A stretch of DNA of 32,000 nt. Source: Guillardia theta nucleomorph (Eukaryota > Protista > Cryptophyta). The translations under genes were made by a program, and so were the position numbers. Location of the stretch: contig AF165818.4 in assembly GCA_000002975.1 (NCBI GenBank), positions 90,001-122,000 of the forward strand, written 5' to 3'. Shown here piece by piece: positions 18,158-28,427 of this stretch. The notes under the pieces are model-generated. The model was given only the letters and a program-made list of their open reading frames with translations, was not told the origin of the DNA and made no database searches. Each line of letters begins with the position of its first letter. Position 1 is the stretch's first letter.

Positions 18158-19333
18158 TCAAACATTAGTTCTAATAAACCTTTTCATTGTGGAATTATTT
18201 GATTTTTTAAATAATTCTATATCATAAAAAACCTGGATTATTTTATTTAAATTTTTAGTTTTTATTATTATTATATTATTATTATTATGAAATTTATAGT
18301 CAATAAGAATCAATAAAATTGTAGTTAGATTTCTTTGCTTCAATAAATTTAATAATTTAGGCGTAATAATACTAAATTTCTTCAAAAAATAATTGGTTAT
18401 ATAAATTAAATTGAATCTATGAATATAATTTTCAAAATTAAAAGTAAAATTTAAAAAATAGAAATCATTACAATTATATCTCAATAGCGATTTTTTTTTT
18501 TTTGAAGAAAAATTTTTAAAGATGAGTATCAAAATAGGTAATAATAATACTTCCTTAAATATAGAAAGCTTATTGAGAAACTTTAGATCTAAATTTTCTG
18601 CATTATTTATTATACAAATACCTTTTTTAATAGTAAAATTAGATGTATGAAAATATTTTTTTAAGTAAAAACACAAATCATTTTTAAAAAAAGGATTTAA
18701 ATTGTTTGGTAAATATAGGTCTTCGATAGAATATCGATAAATTATTTTTTTTCTACTAAAGATTTTTCCTCTGGTTAAACTAAATAACTTTCGATTAAAA
18801 TTATCTGAAAAAAAAGACAATTTATTTTTATTTCTAACAATGAAAATTTCACTGTTTTTTAAATTAATAATAATATTATCTCCTACATGTGGTTTTCTTT
18901 TGTTAAAATTAATCCATAACTTCTTTTTTAATTTGATTTTTAATCCTTGATCGTTGTGAATTATGTATATAGTTACAATTTTATCATTATTATTTTTATT
19001 GATTATCTGGATTATTTTACCTTGAATGTATAGTAAAAATTTTTTTGTTTCTATACCAATACAATTTTGAAATTCTCTGATAAATGAATTTTTTTTTAAT
19101 AATTTTTTTTTAATTTCAGACGAATCGAGAATTTTAATAGGACAAGTTCTTGAAAATTTTTTTATGATTTGATTTATTAAAGATTTTGAATTTTCAGATT
19201 CATTATCAGTGAAAGAAATTTTAAGTATAATATCCCCTTCGGTTTGAAATGTTTTTATCAATTTAAATAAAAAATTTAATTTTTTATTTGTATAAAAATG
19301 ATTTTTCATTAATTCTATAAAGAATTTTGACAT
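18158..19333 (-). CDS. Degenerate RuvB-like (TIP49/Rvb1/Rvb2) protein
   Basis: CPIKILDSSEI, FQNCIGI, IQGKI, HVGDNIII, RGKIFSRKKII...SIEDL and GICIINNAENLDL...PILIL are collinear with TIP49 PF...GSEI, FRKSIGI, EGEV, AGDVI.I, GE..K.K.....LH.D and GVLFIDEVHMLDI...PI. Confidence 0.72.
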   Translation of the reverse strand: MSKFFIELMKNHFYTNKKLNFLFKLIKTFQTEGDIILKISFTDNESENSKSLINQIIKKFSRTCPIKILDSSEIKKKLLKKNSFIREFQNCIGIETKKFLLYIQGKIIQIINKNNNDKIVTIYIIHNDQGLKIKLKKKLWINFNKRKPHVGDNIIINLKNSEIFIVRNKNKLSFFSDNFNRKLFSLTRGKIFSRKKIIYRYSIEDLYLPNNLNPFFKNDLCFYLKKYFHTSNFTIKKGICIINNAENLDLKFLNKLSIFKEVLLLPILILIFKNFSSKKKKSLLRYNCNDFYFLNFTFNFENYIHRFNLIYITNYFLKKFSIITPKLLNLLKQRNLTTILLILIDYKFHNNNNIIIIKTKNLNKIIQVFYDIELFKKSNNSTMKRFIRTNV

Positions 19334-19360
19334 GTATATAAATTTAATTATTTAATTAAT

Positions 19361-20287
19361 ATGATTCAAAATATAACTTTGAATCTGATCATCGAGAATT
19401 TTCTTTCACTATTGAAAACTGAGAATAAAATGATTTCTATACTAATTTATTTTAATAAAGTAAGGAAGTGTTATGCAAAAAAAAATAAAATCAGAACTTT
19501 AAGAAACAAATTTTTCTTTATTAAATTCAATTTTGGAAAAAAAATAAATACCAATCTAATAAAAAAAAATTTACTAAACATATCTTTAATATTATTTAGA
19601 AGATTGGAGTTCAACTACAGCTATGTAAAATTTGAAACAAGTCAAAATACTGTATATGAAAATATTTTATTAAATAATAAAAATTTATTAGAATTTATCT
19701 TATATTTCATTATAGAAAGAATTATTAAAAAAAAAATTCAAAAAAAATATTTATATTTAAGAAAATTTTGTTTACTAGAAAGTTTTCTGTCAAATTTTTA
19801 TTTAAAATCAAAAAAAAATATTATAAAAAACAATTTCATTGAAGATAGACTCGGTGAAAAGATCTCATATTATAAATCAAATTTTAATAAGTATATCGAA
19901 TCAATGATAAACAAAGTCATAAAATGTTTTTTAAAAGTTGTTGACAATAAATGCTTAATTTTAGAAAATAAAAAAAAAAGTTTAACTAGTTTGGATTTTA
20001 TTTCTATTGATTTCATAGAAAAAAAACTTCCCGAATTTGTTTATCAAATTTGTAAAAAATCTAAAAAATTTTTTTTGCACCAATTTTTCATCTGCTCGAT
20101 TGAAAAAACATTTTCTTCTTATAAAACAATTATTTTCCCATGTTCTCATTTAAATTCTTTTTCTAGTATTATTTTGAATTTTTTTTTATTTAAAAACATA
20201 AATAAAAAATATTGCGATTTCCTAAAATGCGATTATTGCCAATCTTATTTCACTATCTTTAATTTATATTCATTAAATTTTTTTTAA
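19361..20287 (+). CDS. RMND5/Gid2-like degenerate RING protein
   Basis: The C-terminus LP...LHQFFICS...FPCSHLNS...LKCDYCQ...LNFF* matches the RMND5 pattern LP...YHSIFACP...LVCGHIIS...LKCPYCP...IFF*. Confidence 0.6.
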   Translation: MIQNITLNLIIENFLSLLKTENKMISILIYFNKVRKCYAKKNKIRTLRNKFFFIKFNFGKKINTNLIKKNLLNISLILFRRLEFNYSYVKFETSQNTVYENILLNNKNLLEFILYFIIERIIKKKIQKKYLYLRKFCLLESFLSNFYLKSKKNIIKNNFIEDRLGEKISYYKSNFNKYIESMINKVIKCFLKVVDNKCLILENKKKSLTSLDFISIDFIEKKLPEFVYQICKKSKKFFLHQFFICSIEKTFSSYKTIIFPCSHLNSFSSIILNFFLFKNINKKYCDFLKCDYCQSYFTIFNLYSLNFF

Positions 20288-21200
20288 AATAACAATTTTT
20301 TTGTTTTAATATTGAATAATATATACTTTGAATTTTCAAAAAAAAACTCTTCTGATTTGATTTTAACAAGTTTAATATGACTAAACATGACATGAAATTA
20401 GTTTTAATATTCAAATAATTACTTTTTTTTTTATTCAATGATTCACTAAAATATTTCATACTTAGTTTTTGTTTGTTTTTTATAAGATTGTAATTTTTTT
20501 TTTTAAAAATTAGATTATTTTGAATTTCTGTTCTTGCAAATTTGAAACTCAAAAAATTAAATGTAAAAATTTCTAAATTAGATACTCTATTATCTAAAAA
20601 ACTGTTAATAATGTAAAAATTGAATATATATTTTCGATACCAAAGTATTAAGAATTTTCCAATTTTAAATTCTATATAATTAGTAAATTTTAAATCATTT
20701 ATATATTTTAAAATGATATCTAATTTATTCATAATTTCTCTCAATATTTTTATGATTATAGATTCTGAACTAATGAAAACTGAACAACATTTATTTTTTT
20801 TTTTTACATTTAATCTTGTTAGCAATTTATTTACTGATTTTAAATTTTTGTAGTAAAATATTTGAAATCTAAATTTTGAATTTAAGTTATGTTTTATGAA
20901 TAAATATTTTTCAGTTGAACAAAATTTGTTAAAAAATAACTTATAGATAAATATTTTTTTGAATATCTTAGAATGGAGTTTAAACTTAATAAATCTAAAG
21001 CTCATACCTAATTTCTCAAACTTAAGAAAAAAGCACAATTTTAAGTAGTTAAATAAAAAAAATGCTCTCAACAAAATTTCTATTTTTAATTTAAATGTAG
21101 AATTTTTATTTTTTAAATAAAATCTTTGATAATTATTTTTGAAAAAATTTAAATGAATTTTTTTTATTTTATCAGAGTTCTCATCGTGTCTAATAATCAT
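20259..21200 (-). CDS. Hypothetical protein (313 aa ORFan)
   Basis: ATG-started ORF with a 29-nt tail-to-tail overlap. It has only a faint SRP68-like pattern. Confidence 0.7.
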   Translation of the reverse strand: MIIRHDENSDKIKKIHLNFFKNNYQRFYLKNKNSTFKLKIEILLRAFFLFNYLKLCFFLKFEKLGMSFRFIKFKLHSKIFKKIFIYKLFFNKFCSTEKYLFIKHNLNSKFRFQIFYYKNLKSVNKLLTRLNVKKKNKCCSVFISSESIIIKILREIMNKLDIILKYINDLKFTNYIEFKIGKFLILWYRKYIFNFYIINSFLDNRVSNLEIFTFNFLSFKFARTEIQNNLIFKKKNYNLIKNKQKLSMKYFSESLNKKKSNYLNIKTNFMSCLVILNLLKSNQKSFFLKIQSIYYSILKQKNCYFKKNLMNIN

Positions 21201-21276
21201 TTACAAAATTTAAATATTAAATAAAAATAATTAAATTAGTTACTATAGGACATAAGTTCAATTTGTTAAATATTTT

Positions 21277-21996
21277 TTAATCTAATCTTAAAATAGAATT
21301 TTCTACTAATATTCCTTTTTTAGACACAATAAATAATTGTAATATATCACCCATGTCGACTTGTTTATTACATAATGTTGAAAATATGATTTTTATCAGA
21401 GAAACAACTTGTAAAATAGTTTTATAATTTCTATCATTAGGTATTTTTCTTTCTTCGATATAATCCATAATACATTGAGCCGATGATTGACAATTTCCTA
21501 CAGTAGAAGCGTGATTACAATCAAAGCTTCCGATTGCATCGTATGTATAATTCGATGCTTTACCGAGTTCATTTATTCCAGTTAAAATATTGAATGTATA
21601 AAATGGAAAAAATCTTCTCGAATACAATAAAGAAGAAGTTAGATACACAATCCCATTTAAATTTAATTCAGTATTGTTTAAATATTTTAATCTGAAAATT
21701 TCATTTCTCAGTTTTTGATGCAAAATATTAATATCTGAAATCATACCAGAACTACCTAACAAGCATAAATTAGATATTTTTAAAATCCTGAGATTAAGTC
21801 GGGAAGGAATTGAATAACCCATAGAAATTCTTGTATCTGAAGCCATGACACAAAACTTATTACCTGTTATTGCTAAAACTAAACCCCCATTATTTTGATA
21901 TGGGTCAAAATTTCGATTTAAACTTTTAAAATTTAGATTATATGTTTTAATATTGAAATTAAGTTTTTTAATCACAAAATCCCAATATCTGATCAT
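21277..21996 (-). CDS. PSMB1: 20S proteasome subunit beta6 (Pre7/PSMB1)
   Basis: FDPYQNNGG, ASDTR, LYSRRFFPFY, YDAIGS, GDILQ and terminal LRLD. Confidence 0.95.
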   Translation of the reverse strand: MIRYWDFVIKKLNFNIKTYNLNFKSLNRNFDPYQNNGGLVLAITGNKFCVMASDTRISMGYSIPSRLNLRILKISNLCLLGSSGMISDINILHQKLRNEIFRLKYLNNTELNLNGIVYLTSSLLYSRRFFPFYTFNILTGINELGKASNYTYDAIGSFDCNHASTVGNCQSSAQCIMDYIEERKIPNDRNYKTILQVVSLIKIIFSTLCNKQVDMGDILQLFIVSKKGILVENSILRLD

Positions 21997-22058
21997 ATAT
22001 TGTTAAATTAAAATAGCTTCTAGAAGTTTCTTTTTATTATTATATATAATATTACTGT

Positions 22059-24011
22059 ATGACAAACAAAGTAGATAATTGTGCAATAGGAATAGATTTA
22101 GGCACCACCTATTCTTGTGTAGGTATATGGCAGCACGATAGAGTTGAAATTATCGCAAATGATCAAGGTAATAGAACTACTCCTTCTTATGTTGCATTTA
22201 CAGAAACAGAGAGACTTATTGGTGACTCAGCAAAAAATCAAGTTGCAATGAATCCGCATAACACAGTATTTGACGCCAAAAGATTAATAGGTAGAAGATT
22301 TCAGGATCCTGCTGTACAAGACGATATTAAACACTTTCCATTCAAAGTTATATGTAAAGATGGCGATAAACCTGCAATTGAAGTTAAATTTAAAGGTGAA
22401 ACTAAAGTTTTTGCGCCTGAAGAAATTTCTGCAATGGTGTTAATGAAAATGAAAGAAATTGCAGAATCTTTTTTAGGTAAAGATGTAAAAAATGCTGTAA
22501 TTACTGTACCTGCTTATTTCAATGATTCTCAAAGACAAGCAACTAAGGATGCAGGAGCAATAACTGGATTGAATGTTCTAAGAATCATCAACGAACCAAC
22601 CGCTGCGGCAATTGCTTATGGATTAGATAAAAAAACAGCTGGTTCTAAATCTGAAAGAAATGTTTTGATTTTCGACTTAGGAGGTGGTACATTTGACGTT
22701 TCACTTTTAACTATCGAAGAAGGAATATTTGAAGTTAAAGCCACAGCTGGTGATACTCATTTAGGTGGAGAAGATTTCGACAGTAGATTAGTTAACTATT
22801 TTGTTTCTGAATTTAAAAGAAAATTCAAAAAAGATGTAACTACAAATGCTAGATCTTTGAGAAGATTAAGAACAGCTTGCGAAAGAGCTAAAAGAACTCT
22901 TTCATCTACAACTCAAACAACAGTAGAAATTGATTCTCTTGTTGATGGTATAGACTTTTATTCAAGTATAACAAGAGCAAAATTTGAAGAATTATGCATG
23001 GACCTATTTAGAGGAACACTAGATCCAGTCGAAAAGGTATTGAGAGATTCTAAAATTGCGAAATCGGAAATTGATGATGTTGTATTGGTTGGAGGTTCTA
23101 CAAGAATTCCAAAAGTCCAACAACTATTAATTGACTTTTTTAATGGTAAAGAATTGTGTAAAAACATCAATCCAGACGAAGCTGTAGCTTACGGAGCAGC
23201 AGTTCAAGCAGCAATTTTATCTGGTGATACTTCCGAAAAAATGCAGGATCTGCTTCTTTTAGATGTAACACCACTTTCATTAGGTTTAGAAACGGCTGGT
23301 GGCGTAATGACTGTTTTGATCAAAAGAAATACAACAATTCCGACAAAAAAAACTCAAGTATTTTCTACCTATGCAGATAACCAACCTGGTGTTTTAATTC
23401 AAGTTTTTGAAGGAGAAAGGTCTAGAACTAAAGATAATAATTTATTAGGAAAGTTTGAATTAACAGGAATTCCTCCAGCTCCCAGAGGTGTTCCTCAAAT
23501 TGAAGTAACTTTTGATATTGATGCAAATGGAATTTTAAATGTCTCAGCTTGTGATAAATCAACAGGAAAATCCAATAAAATCACTATCACTAACGACAAG
23601 GGTAGATTAAGTAAAGAAGAAATAGAACGTATGGTAGAAGAGGCCGAAAAATATAAAAATGAAGATGAAAAAACTCGACAGAAAATTGAAGCAAAAAATA
23701 ATTTAGAGAACTATGCTTATAATATAAGAAATACTATAAGAGATGAAAAATTGAAAGATAAGATCGATGAAAATGAAAAAAAATTGTTAGAAGAAAAAAT
23801 CAGAGAAATTCTAGAATTTGTAGAAAACAATGAAGATTTAGAAAAAGAAGATTATGAAGAAAAAGAAAAAGAACTTAAGAACATGTCAAACCCAATAATA
23901 AGCAAAATATACCAACAAGGAAGTGGTGTTGATCCTAGTATGTTCTCTCAGAATAATGAACAGAATGGAGAAAATGACAATGCAGGTCCTAAAATCGAAG
24001 AAGTTGATTAA
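22059..24011 (+). CDS. hsp70: Cytosolic-type Hsp70
   Basis: [28 protein letters not shown] and C-terminal GPKIEEVD. Confidence 0.99.
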   Translation: MTNKVDNCAIGIDLGTTYSCVGIWQHDRVEIIANDQGNRTTPSYVAFTETERLIGDSAKNQVAMNPHNTVFDAKRLIGRRFQDPAVQDDIKHFPFKVICKDGDKPAIEVKFKGETKVFAPEEISAMVLMKMKEIAESFLGKDVKNAVITVPAYFNDSQRQATKDAGAITGLNVLRIINEPTAAAIAYGLDKKTAGSKSERNVLIFDLGGGTFDVSLLTIEEGIFEVKATAGDTHLGGEDFDSRLVNYFVSEFKRKFKKDVTTNARSLRRLRTACERAKRTLSSTTQTTVEIDSLVDGIDFYSSITRAKFEELCMDLFRGTLDPVEKVLRDSKIAKSEIDDVVLVGGSTRIPKVQQLLIDFFNGKELCKNINPDEAVAYGAAVQAAILSGDTSEKMQDLLLLDVTPLSLGLETAGGVMTVLIKRNTTIPTKKTQVFSTYADNQPGVLIQVFEGERSRTKDNNLLGKFELTGIPPAPRGVPQIEVTFDIDANGILNVSACDKSTGKSNKITITNDKGRLSKEEIERMVEEAEKYKNEDEKTRQKIEAKNNLENYAYNIRNTIRDEKLKDKIDENEKKLLEEKIREILEFVENNEDLEKEDYEEKEKELKNMSNPIISKIYQQGSGVDPSMFSQNNEQNGENDNAGPKIEEVD

Positions 24012-24018
24012 TAGTTAA

Positions 24019-24321
24019 TTAAGTTATAAAAGAGTAATGTTTTAAATCTTCTTTTTTTTTTTTAAGAATTTCTTCAACTAAATCAGTGCAGAAGCGATGA
24101 TATCCCATGTTTTGTAACATATCTAATAATTTATATTCTGAAAGTTTCCCAAATTCATTGTTTTCACAATACTTTAATGCTTCATTAGATAAATCAAGTA
24201 ATAAATTCTCAATAAAAATTTCAAATTCTTTTGAAAAATTACTGGACACTTCTAATTCCACATTTTTTGAAAATTCATTAACATGTTTTTTCAAATAAGT
24301 TTTTAATTGTTCAATATTCAT
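24019..24321 (-). CDS. Histone-fold protein, NC2beta/Dr1-like (NF-YB family)
   Basis: LSNEALKYCEN...KLSEYKLLDMLQNMGYHRF resembles Dr1 ISSEANEICNK...TISPEHVIQALESLGFGSY. The ATG at 24321 is preferred over the GTG at 24327. Confidence 0.65.
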   Translation of the reverse strand: MNIEQLKTYLKKHVNEFSKNVELEVSSNFSKEFEIFIENLLLDLSNEALKYCENNEFGKLSEYKLLDMLQNMGYHRFCTDLVEEILKKKKEDLKHYSFIT

Positions 24322-24379
24322 TAACACTATATAATTAAAAATTTTTGAAATTAAAAAAAAACTTAATAAAGAATTTATT

Positions 24380-25003
24380 ATGTTAAGGACGTTTTTAACT
24401 ACTTCTAGGAATCCATCATTAAATTTAATATCTTTTACAAAAAAATTAATTAATTTATTTCCACAATCAAAAAAAATAAATAGAGGAAGAAAATTCTTGA
24501 CTTCATTAATTTCTTATTGTGTTGAAAACGAAGTAAAAAATTTGTTGGTTATTTATGAATTAAAAGGAAATCCTAATTGTTTAATAATTTCACATTTGCC
24601 TTCAGGTCCTTCTGTATATTTTAAAATTAGTAACTATAATATTTTAATCTTCAAAAACGACATTAACATATTTTTTTCGGATCTCCCAATTCTTTTAATT
24701 TCAAATTTGAATACACCTATTGGCTCAAGAATATCCAAAATAATTACTAATCTTTATCCAAAAAGTAGTAATAATAGTAAAAGAATAATAAGCTATGTTG
24801 GTTTATCTAACAATATAGTTTGTAATCAATATTTATTTCAAAAAAAAAATTATAATAATGAGAATATGAAATTGAAGAACATTGGTCCTAGATTTTTTCT
24901 CAGACCATTCAAGATTATCTTAGGAAATATATCTGAAATTAATTCTAATGTAGAGTGGATAATCACAACACTAATTCAATCAAAAAGAAGGATGATTATT
25001 TAA
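24380..25003 (+). CDS. IMP4: Brix-domain U3 snoRNP protein IMP4
   Basis: TTSRNPS, INRG, ELKGNPNCLIISHLPSGPS, IGPRF and VEW. Confidence 0.88.
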   Translation: MLRTFLTTSRNPSLNLISFTKKLINLFPQSKKINRGRKFLTSLISYCVENEVKNLLVIYELKGNPNCLIISHLPSGPSVYFKISNYNILIFKNDINIFFSDLPILLISNLNTPIGSRISKIITNLYPKSSNNSKRIISYVGLSNNIVCNQYLFQKKNYNNENMKLKNIGPRFFLRPFKIILGNISEINSNVEWIITTLIQSKRRMII

Positions 25004-25064
25004 TTATTAAAGTAAACATTTTTTGACATATTTTTTCTAGCTAATTTTTTATAATTCGAAAATA

Positions 25065-25979
25065 ATGAGATTAAACTATTGCATATACAATATCCTAGAA
25101 TCAAATAATGACTATGGAGACTTAAATGAAAATTTAAAAAAAAATAAGATTTTTGAAACAAGACATCAAAATAAATTTATAATTTCTAGATTTATATCTT
25201 ATTTTTTATATTTTCATAGTAACAGATTCTTTGATGTAAAAAAAAAAATCATTAAGTTAAGTTTAGGTAATAGAATTAAAAATTTACTTATATTTATTAA
25301 TTATCTAGTTCTTAAAATTTTTAAGATAAATTCGGCATTATTTTTTCCAAGTTTAGATCTAACATTGTTGTTATTTGAAAAAATTATTCTTCTTAAAAAA
25401 TTGTTATTATATTCAAAAAAATATAATAAAACATCTACTAAATTATTTGAATGTAATAATATACCCAATACAAAAAAAATTTTAAAGAATTCAATAAATA
25501 TAATCAAAATTATAAATAAAATTAATACTCGTAAGTCTTTGAATAAAAAAATTTTTAACTACAGAAAATTTTTTTTAAAATTTATATCAAAACTAGATTT
25601 TAAATTTAACAATAATGTTATGGAAAAATTCGAAATAAAAGATAAATTTATTATACATTTTATATTTTTTTTTATTTTTAATGGTAACTTAGATATTTGT
25701 AATATAATAAATAGAGTTTTAAAATTTTTTTATTCTAATAACAATCGTTTTAATCTAGAATTAGAAAAAATTTATTTAATCATTGCTATGAAAAATACTT
25801 GTGAACATTTTTTGATAAAATTTTTTTTTTTAGAAGGCTTCGTTGATCTCTATAGAAGATTAAAAATTAAAAAAATATTTTTATCATCTAAAAAAGAGCA
25901 AAAAAAAATAATTTTTTCTTGGAAAAATATCGAGATTTATAATGTTGCACTTGAACATAAGTTTAAAAAAAATTATTGA
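25065..25979 (+). CDS. Hypothetical protein (304 aa ORFan)
   Basis: ATG-started ORF that fills the gap. No family recognised. Confidence 0.7.
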   Translation: MRLNYCIYNILESNNDYGDLNENLKKNKIFETRHQNKFIISRFISYFLYFHSNRFFDVKKKIIKLSLGNRIKNLLIFINYLVLKIFKINSALFFPSLDLTLLLFEKIILLKKLLLYSKKYNKTSTKLFECNNIPNTKKILKNSINIIKIINKINTRKSLNKKIFNYRKFFLKFISKLDFKFNNNVMEKFEIKDKFIIHFIFFFIFNGNLDICNIINRVLKFFYSNNNRFNLELEKIYLIIAMKNTCEHFLIKFFFLEGFVDLYRRLKIKKIFLSSKKEQKKIIFSWKNIEIYNVALEHKFKKNY

Positions 25980-26011
25980 AACTCATACTTAATTAAAAAA
26001 ATTTTATTTAT

Positions 26012-28054
26012 TTAAAAAACCAAATTGTTTACTTTAAAGTTAAAATGATCTAAAGATATTGTTTTTTTAAGAGAATTAAAATATAAAACTTTAAGAATAG
26101 TAAGATTAAAAATCCTTGTCTTTTTTTGATAATATTTCTTTTTTAAAATACTGTCTTGGAATAACATAAATAGTTCGTTGTGAAAAATAAAAAAACCTGA
26201 ATTTCCATAACATTTTAAATTAAATTTCAAATTTTGAAAAATTTTATTCATTTTCATTTTCAATCTTATTTTTGAGATAATTTGTAATTTTTTTCTATTA
26301 ATAACATAAATTTGCAACAAGTCATTAGATTTAAAGACCAAATTTCCGTTATTTAAATATACAACAGATATTTTAGATTGAAAATATCTACTTTTCTTTA
26401 AAGAATTCATAAATCCTGGTATATATATTCTAATCAAATCAAAATTATCTAAATTCAATAATGAAATCTGATTGTTTATGTTTACTAAACACATTTCTTT
26501 TCTACTACAAGTCCAATAATGCAAATTAGATTTGAAATAGAAAAAATTTATACACTTTATTTTTAAGATTTTTCTAAACTTAATTGTCCATAATTTAATT
26601 AAACCATTTTTATCAATGCTTAATAGTTTGTTATTATTGATATATACTAATTCAATTATTTGGGTTGTATTAGAATTTATACTATCTATTATTATAGACT
26701 TTTTAATGTTCCAGATATAAATGTATGAATTATCGGAACCTGAACAAAATAAAATAGAATTATTTGTATTGATATCAAAAAATTTAAGGTTTGTTTTAAA
26801 CTTACTAAAATTTTTGATAACACATAATTTTTTCAAATCCATTATTTTAATACATCCATCATTGGAAGAAGAAATTAAAAATCTTGAATTGTATTTAAAG
26901 AATTTAATTTCAATGACAGATTTAATATGTATTTTATATTTTATAACACAAACGTTTAATGAAATTATCCAAATTTGAATCTCACCTTTGTAATTTCCTA
27001 AAGCCAATACCTTTGAATTGTTAGATACAGAATAATTCGAAATTTGATCAGAAATATTTCTATGCTTAAAAAAAAATTTTTGATTATCTAAATTTAAAAT
27101 TATAATATTTTTTTTTTTAAAACATAACAAAACTAATAAATTGTAATTTGATAAATTATAAATATTACTGAAATGGTGAATTTTCAAATCATACACCTTA
27201 ATATAATTGATTTTGTAATAAGTTTTTTCAGTGAGTTTTGTAAAAATATTTAATTTGTAATGAAAAATATTAAATCTATAATCTGCTGCAAAAAAATCAT
27301 AAAAATACTCATCAAAATATACAAAATCAATCCTATTTCTTTTTAAATCTAAAAAATTGAAGTTTTTAATTTTTTTTATAAAATCTAAAGGTTTTCTTTT
27401 TACAATTTTATATTCATCCAACATCAAAGATTTTTTAAGACAAATGAAATTATCATAAGTTGAAAACCTTACGAAAAATATATTAAAATCAACAAAGAAC
27501 TTAATTTGATTCGAGTAAAAATTAATTGATAAATCTTTTATTGTTATATAGCCATCTGATGTTAAATATATTATCTTTTCTCCTGATTTATTCCAATCAA
27601 AATCAATTATATTTGAAAATTCTCTTAGGTGTAGACAAAAATTAAATTTTTTATTATCTGATTTGTTTCTATAACTAACACTGAAAATGTATATGTTTGA
27701 TAAATTCAAAAGACTTATATATTTTCCTCTTGCTGATAATTTGACCTTTGTAGAAAATTTACAAAACATAAAGCTTTTAAATATTTTATTGGTTGAGAGA
27801 TCTATTACTTTAATTACCCCTCCTATGTCGCAAATTACCAATAAATTTGAAAAACTATTAATATCGAAAGATGATATGATATTTAGAAAACCATAATCAA
27901 TCAACTTATTAGATTTTGTGTCCAAATTAAGAAAATTCAAATACCTTCCGGATATAATTATAATTTCGTTAGTTTTTTTTTTAAATTTAATAGTATTACC
28001 TGTTACATGCAATCCAATGTACTTTGTTACATTGTAATAAGAATAATATCTCAT
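26012..28054 (-). CDS. PWP2: WD40 protein, PWP2/UTP1-like
   Basis: The N-terminus GNTIKF...SGRYLNFLNL...LLVICDIGG and the repeats SSSNDGCIKIMDL and CSGSDNSYIYIWNI resemble Pwp2 SSLDGTVRAWDL and CAGSLDNFDIHVWSV. Confidence 0.7.
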   Translation of the reverse strand: MRYYSYYNVTKYIGLHVTGNTIKFKKKTNEIIIISGRYLNFLNLDTKSNKLIDYGFLNIISSFDINSFSNLLVICDIGGVIKVIDLSTNKIFKSFMFCKFSTKVKLSARGKYISLLNLSNIYIFSVSYRNKSDNKKFNFCLHLREFSNIIDFDWNKSGEKIIYLTSDGYITIKDLSINFYSNQIKFFVDFNIFFVRFSTYDNFICLKKSLMLDEYKIVKRKPLDFIKKIKNFNFLDLKRNRIDFVYFDEYFYDFFAADYRFNIFHYKLNIFTKLTEKTYYKINYIKVYDLKIHHFSNIYNLSNYNLLVLLCFKKKNIIILNLDNQKFFFKHRNISDQISNYSVSNNSKVLALGNYKGEIQIWIISLNVCVIKYKIHIKSVIEIKFFKYNSRFLISSSNDGCIKIMDLKKLCVIKNFSKFKTNLKFFDINTNNSILFCSGSDNSYIYIWNIKKSIIIDSINSNTTQIIELVYINNNKLLSIDKNGLIKLWTIKFRKILKIKCINFFYFKSNLHYWTCSRKEMCLVNINNQISLLNLDNFDLIRIYIPGFMNSLKKSRYFQSKISVVYLNNGNLVFKSNDLLQIYVINRKKLQIISKIRLKMKMNKIFQNLKFNLKCYGNSGFFIFHNELFMLFQDSILKKKYYQKKTRIFNLTILKVLYFNSLKKTISLDHFNFKVNNLVF

Positions 28055-28083
28055 AAAATGATTAATTAAATATAAAATAACTG

Positions 28084-28377
28084 TTAATCACAAATTGAAA
28101 CAAAAATAACATTCTCTCTTGTTCCGCTTCTGGAAATACTTAATCTTCTAGAAAATCTAAGTTTTAATTTGTTAGGAGGATTACTACTTCCATTAGAACA
28201 AATCTGCATATTCAATTCAGGTTCGATTCGTATATTATTACACTTAGTCAATTTCCAAGCAAATTTTTTAATTTCTTTTATTGCTATCGAAACTCTCTTA
28301 TTGAATTTTTTACCGAACACTCTCTTATGGATATTAAAACTGGCTTGAACATTAAGATTTCCTTCACAATTGTTCAT
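28084..28377 (-). CDS. rpl31: 60S ribosomal protein L31 (eL31)
   Basis: NIHKRVFGKKFNKR..AIKEIKKFA, RIEPELN and NPPNKLKLRFSR. Confidence 0.93.
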   Translation of the reverse strand: MNNCEGNLNVQASFNIHKRVFGKKFNKRVSIAIKEIKKFAWKLTKCNNIRIEPELNMQICSNGSSNPPNKLKLRFSRRLSISRSGTRENVIFVSICD

Positions 28378-28427
28378 AACTTAATAATGTAATTATTAAA
28401 ATATATTTAATAAGATATTTTATTTTA

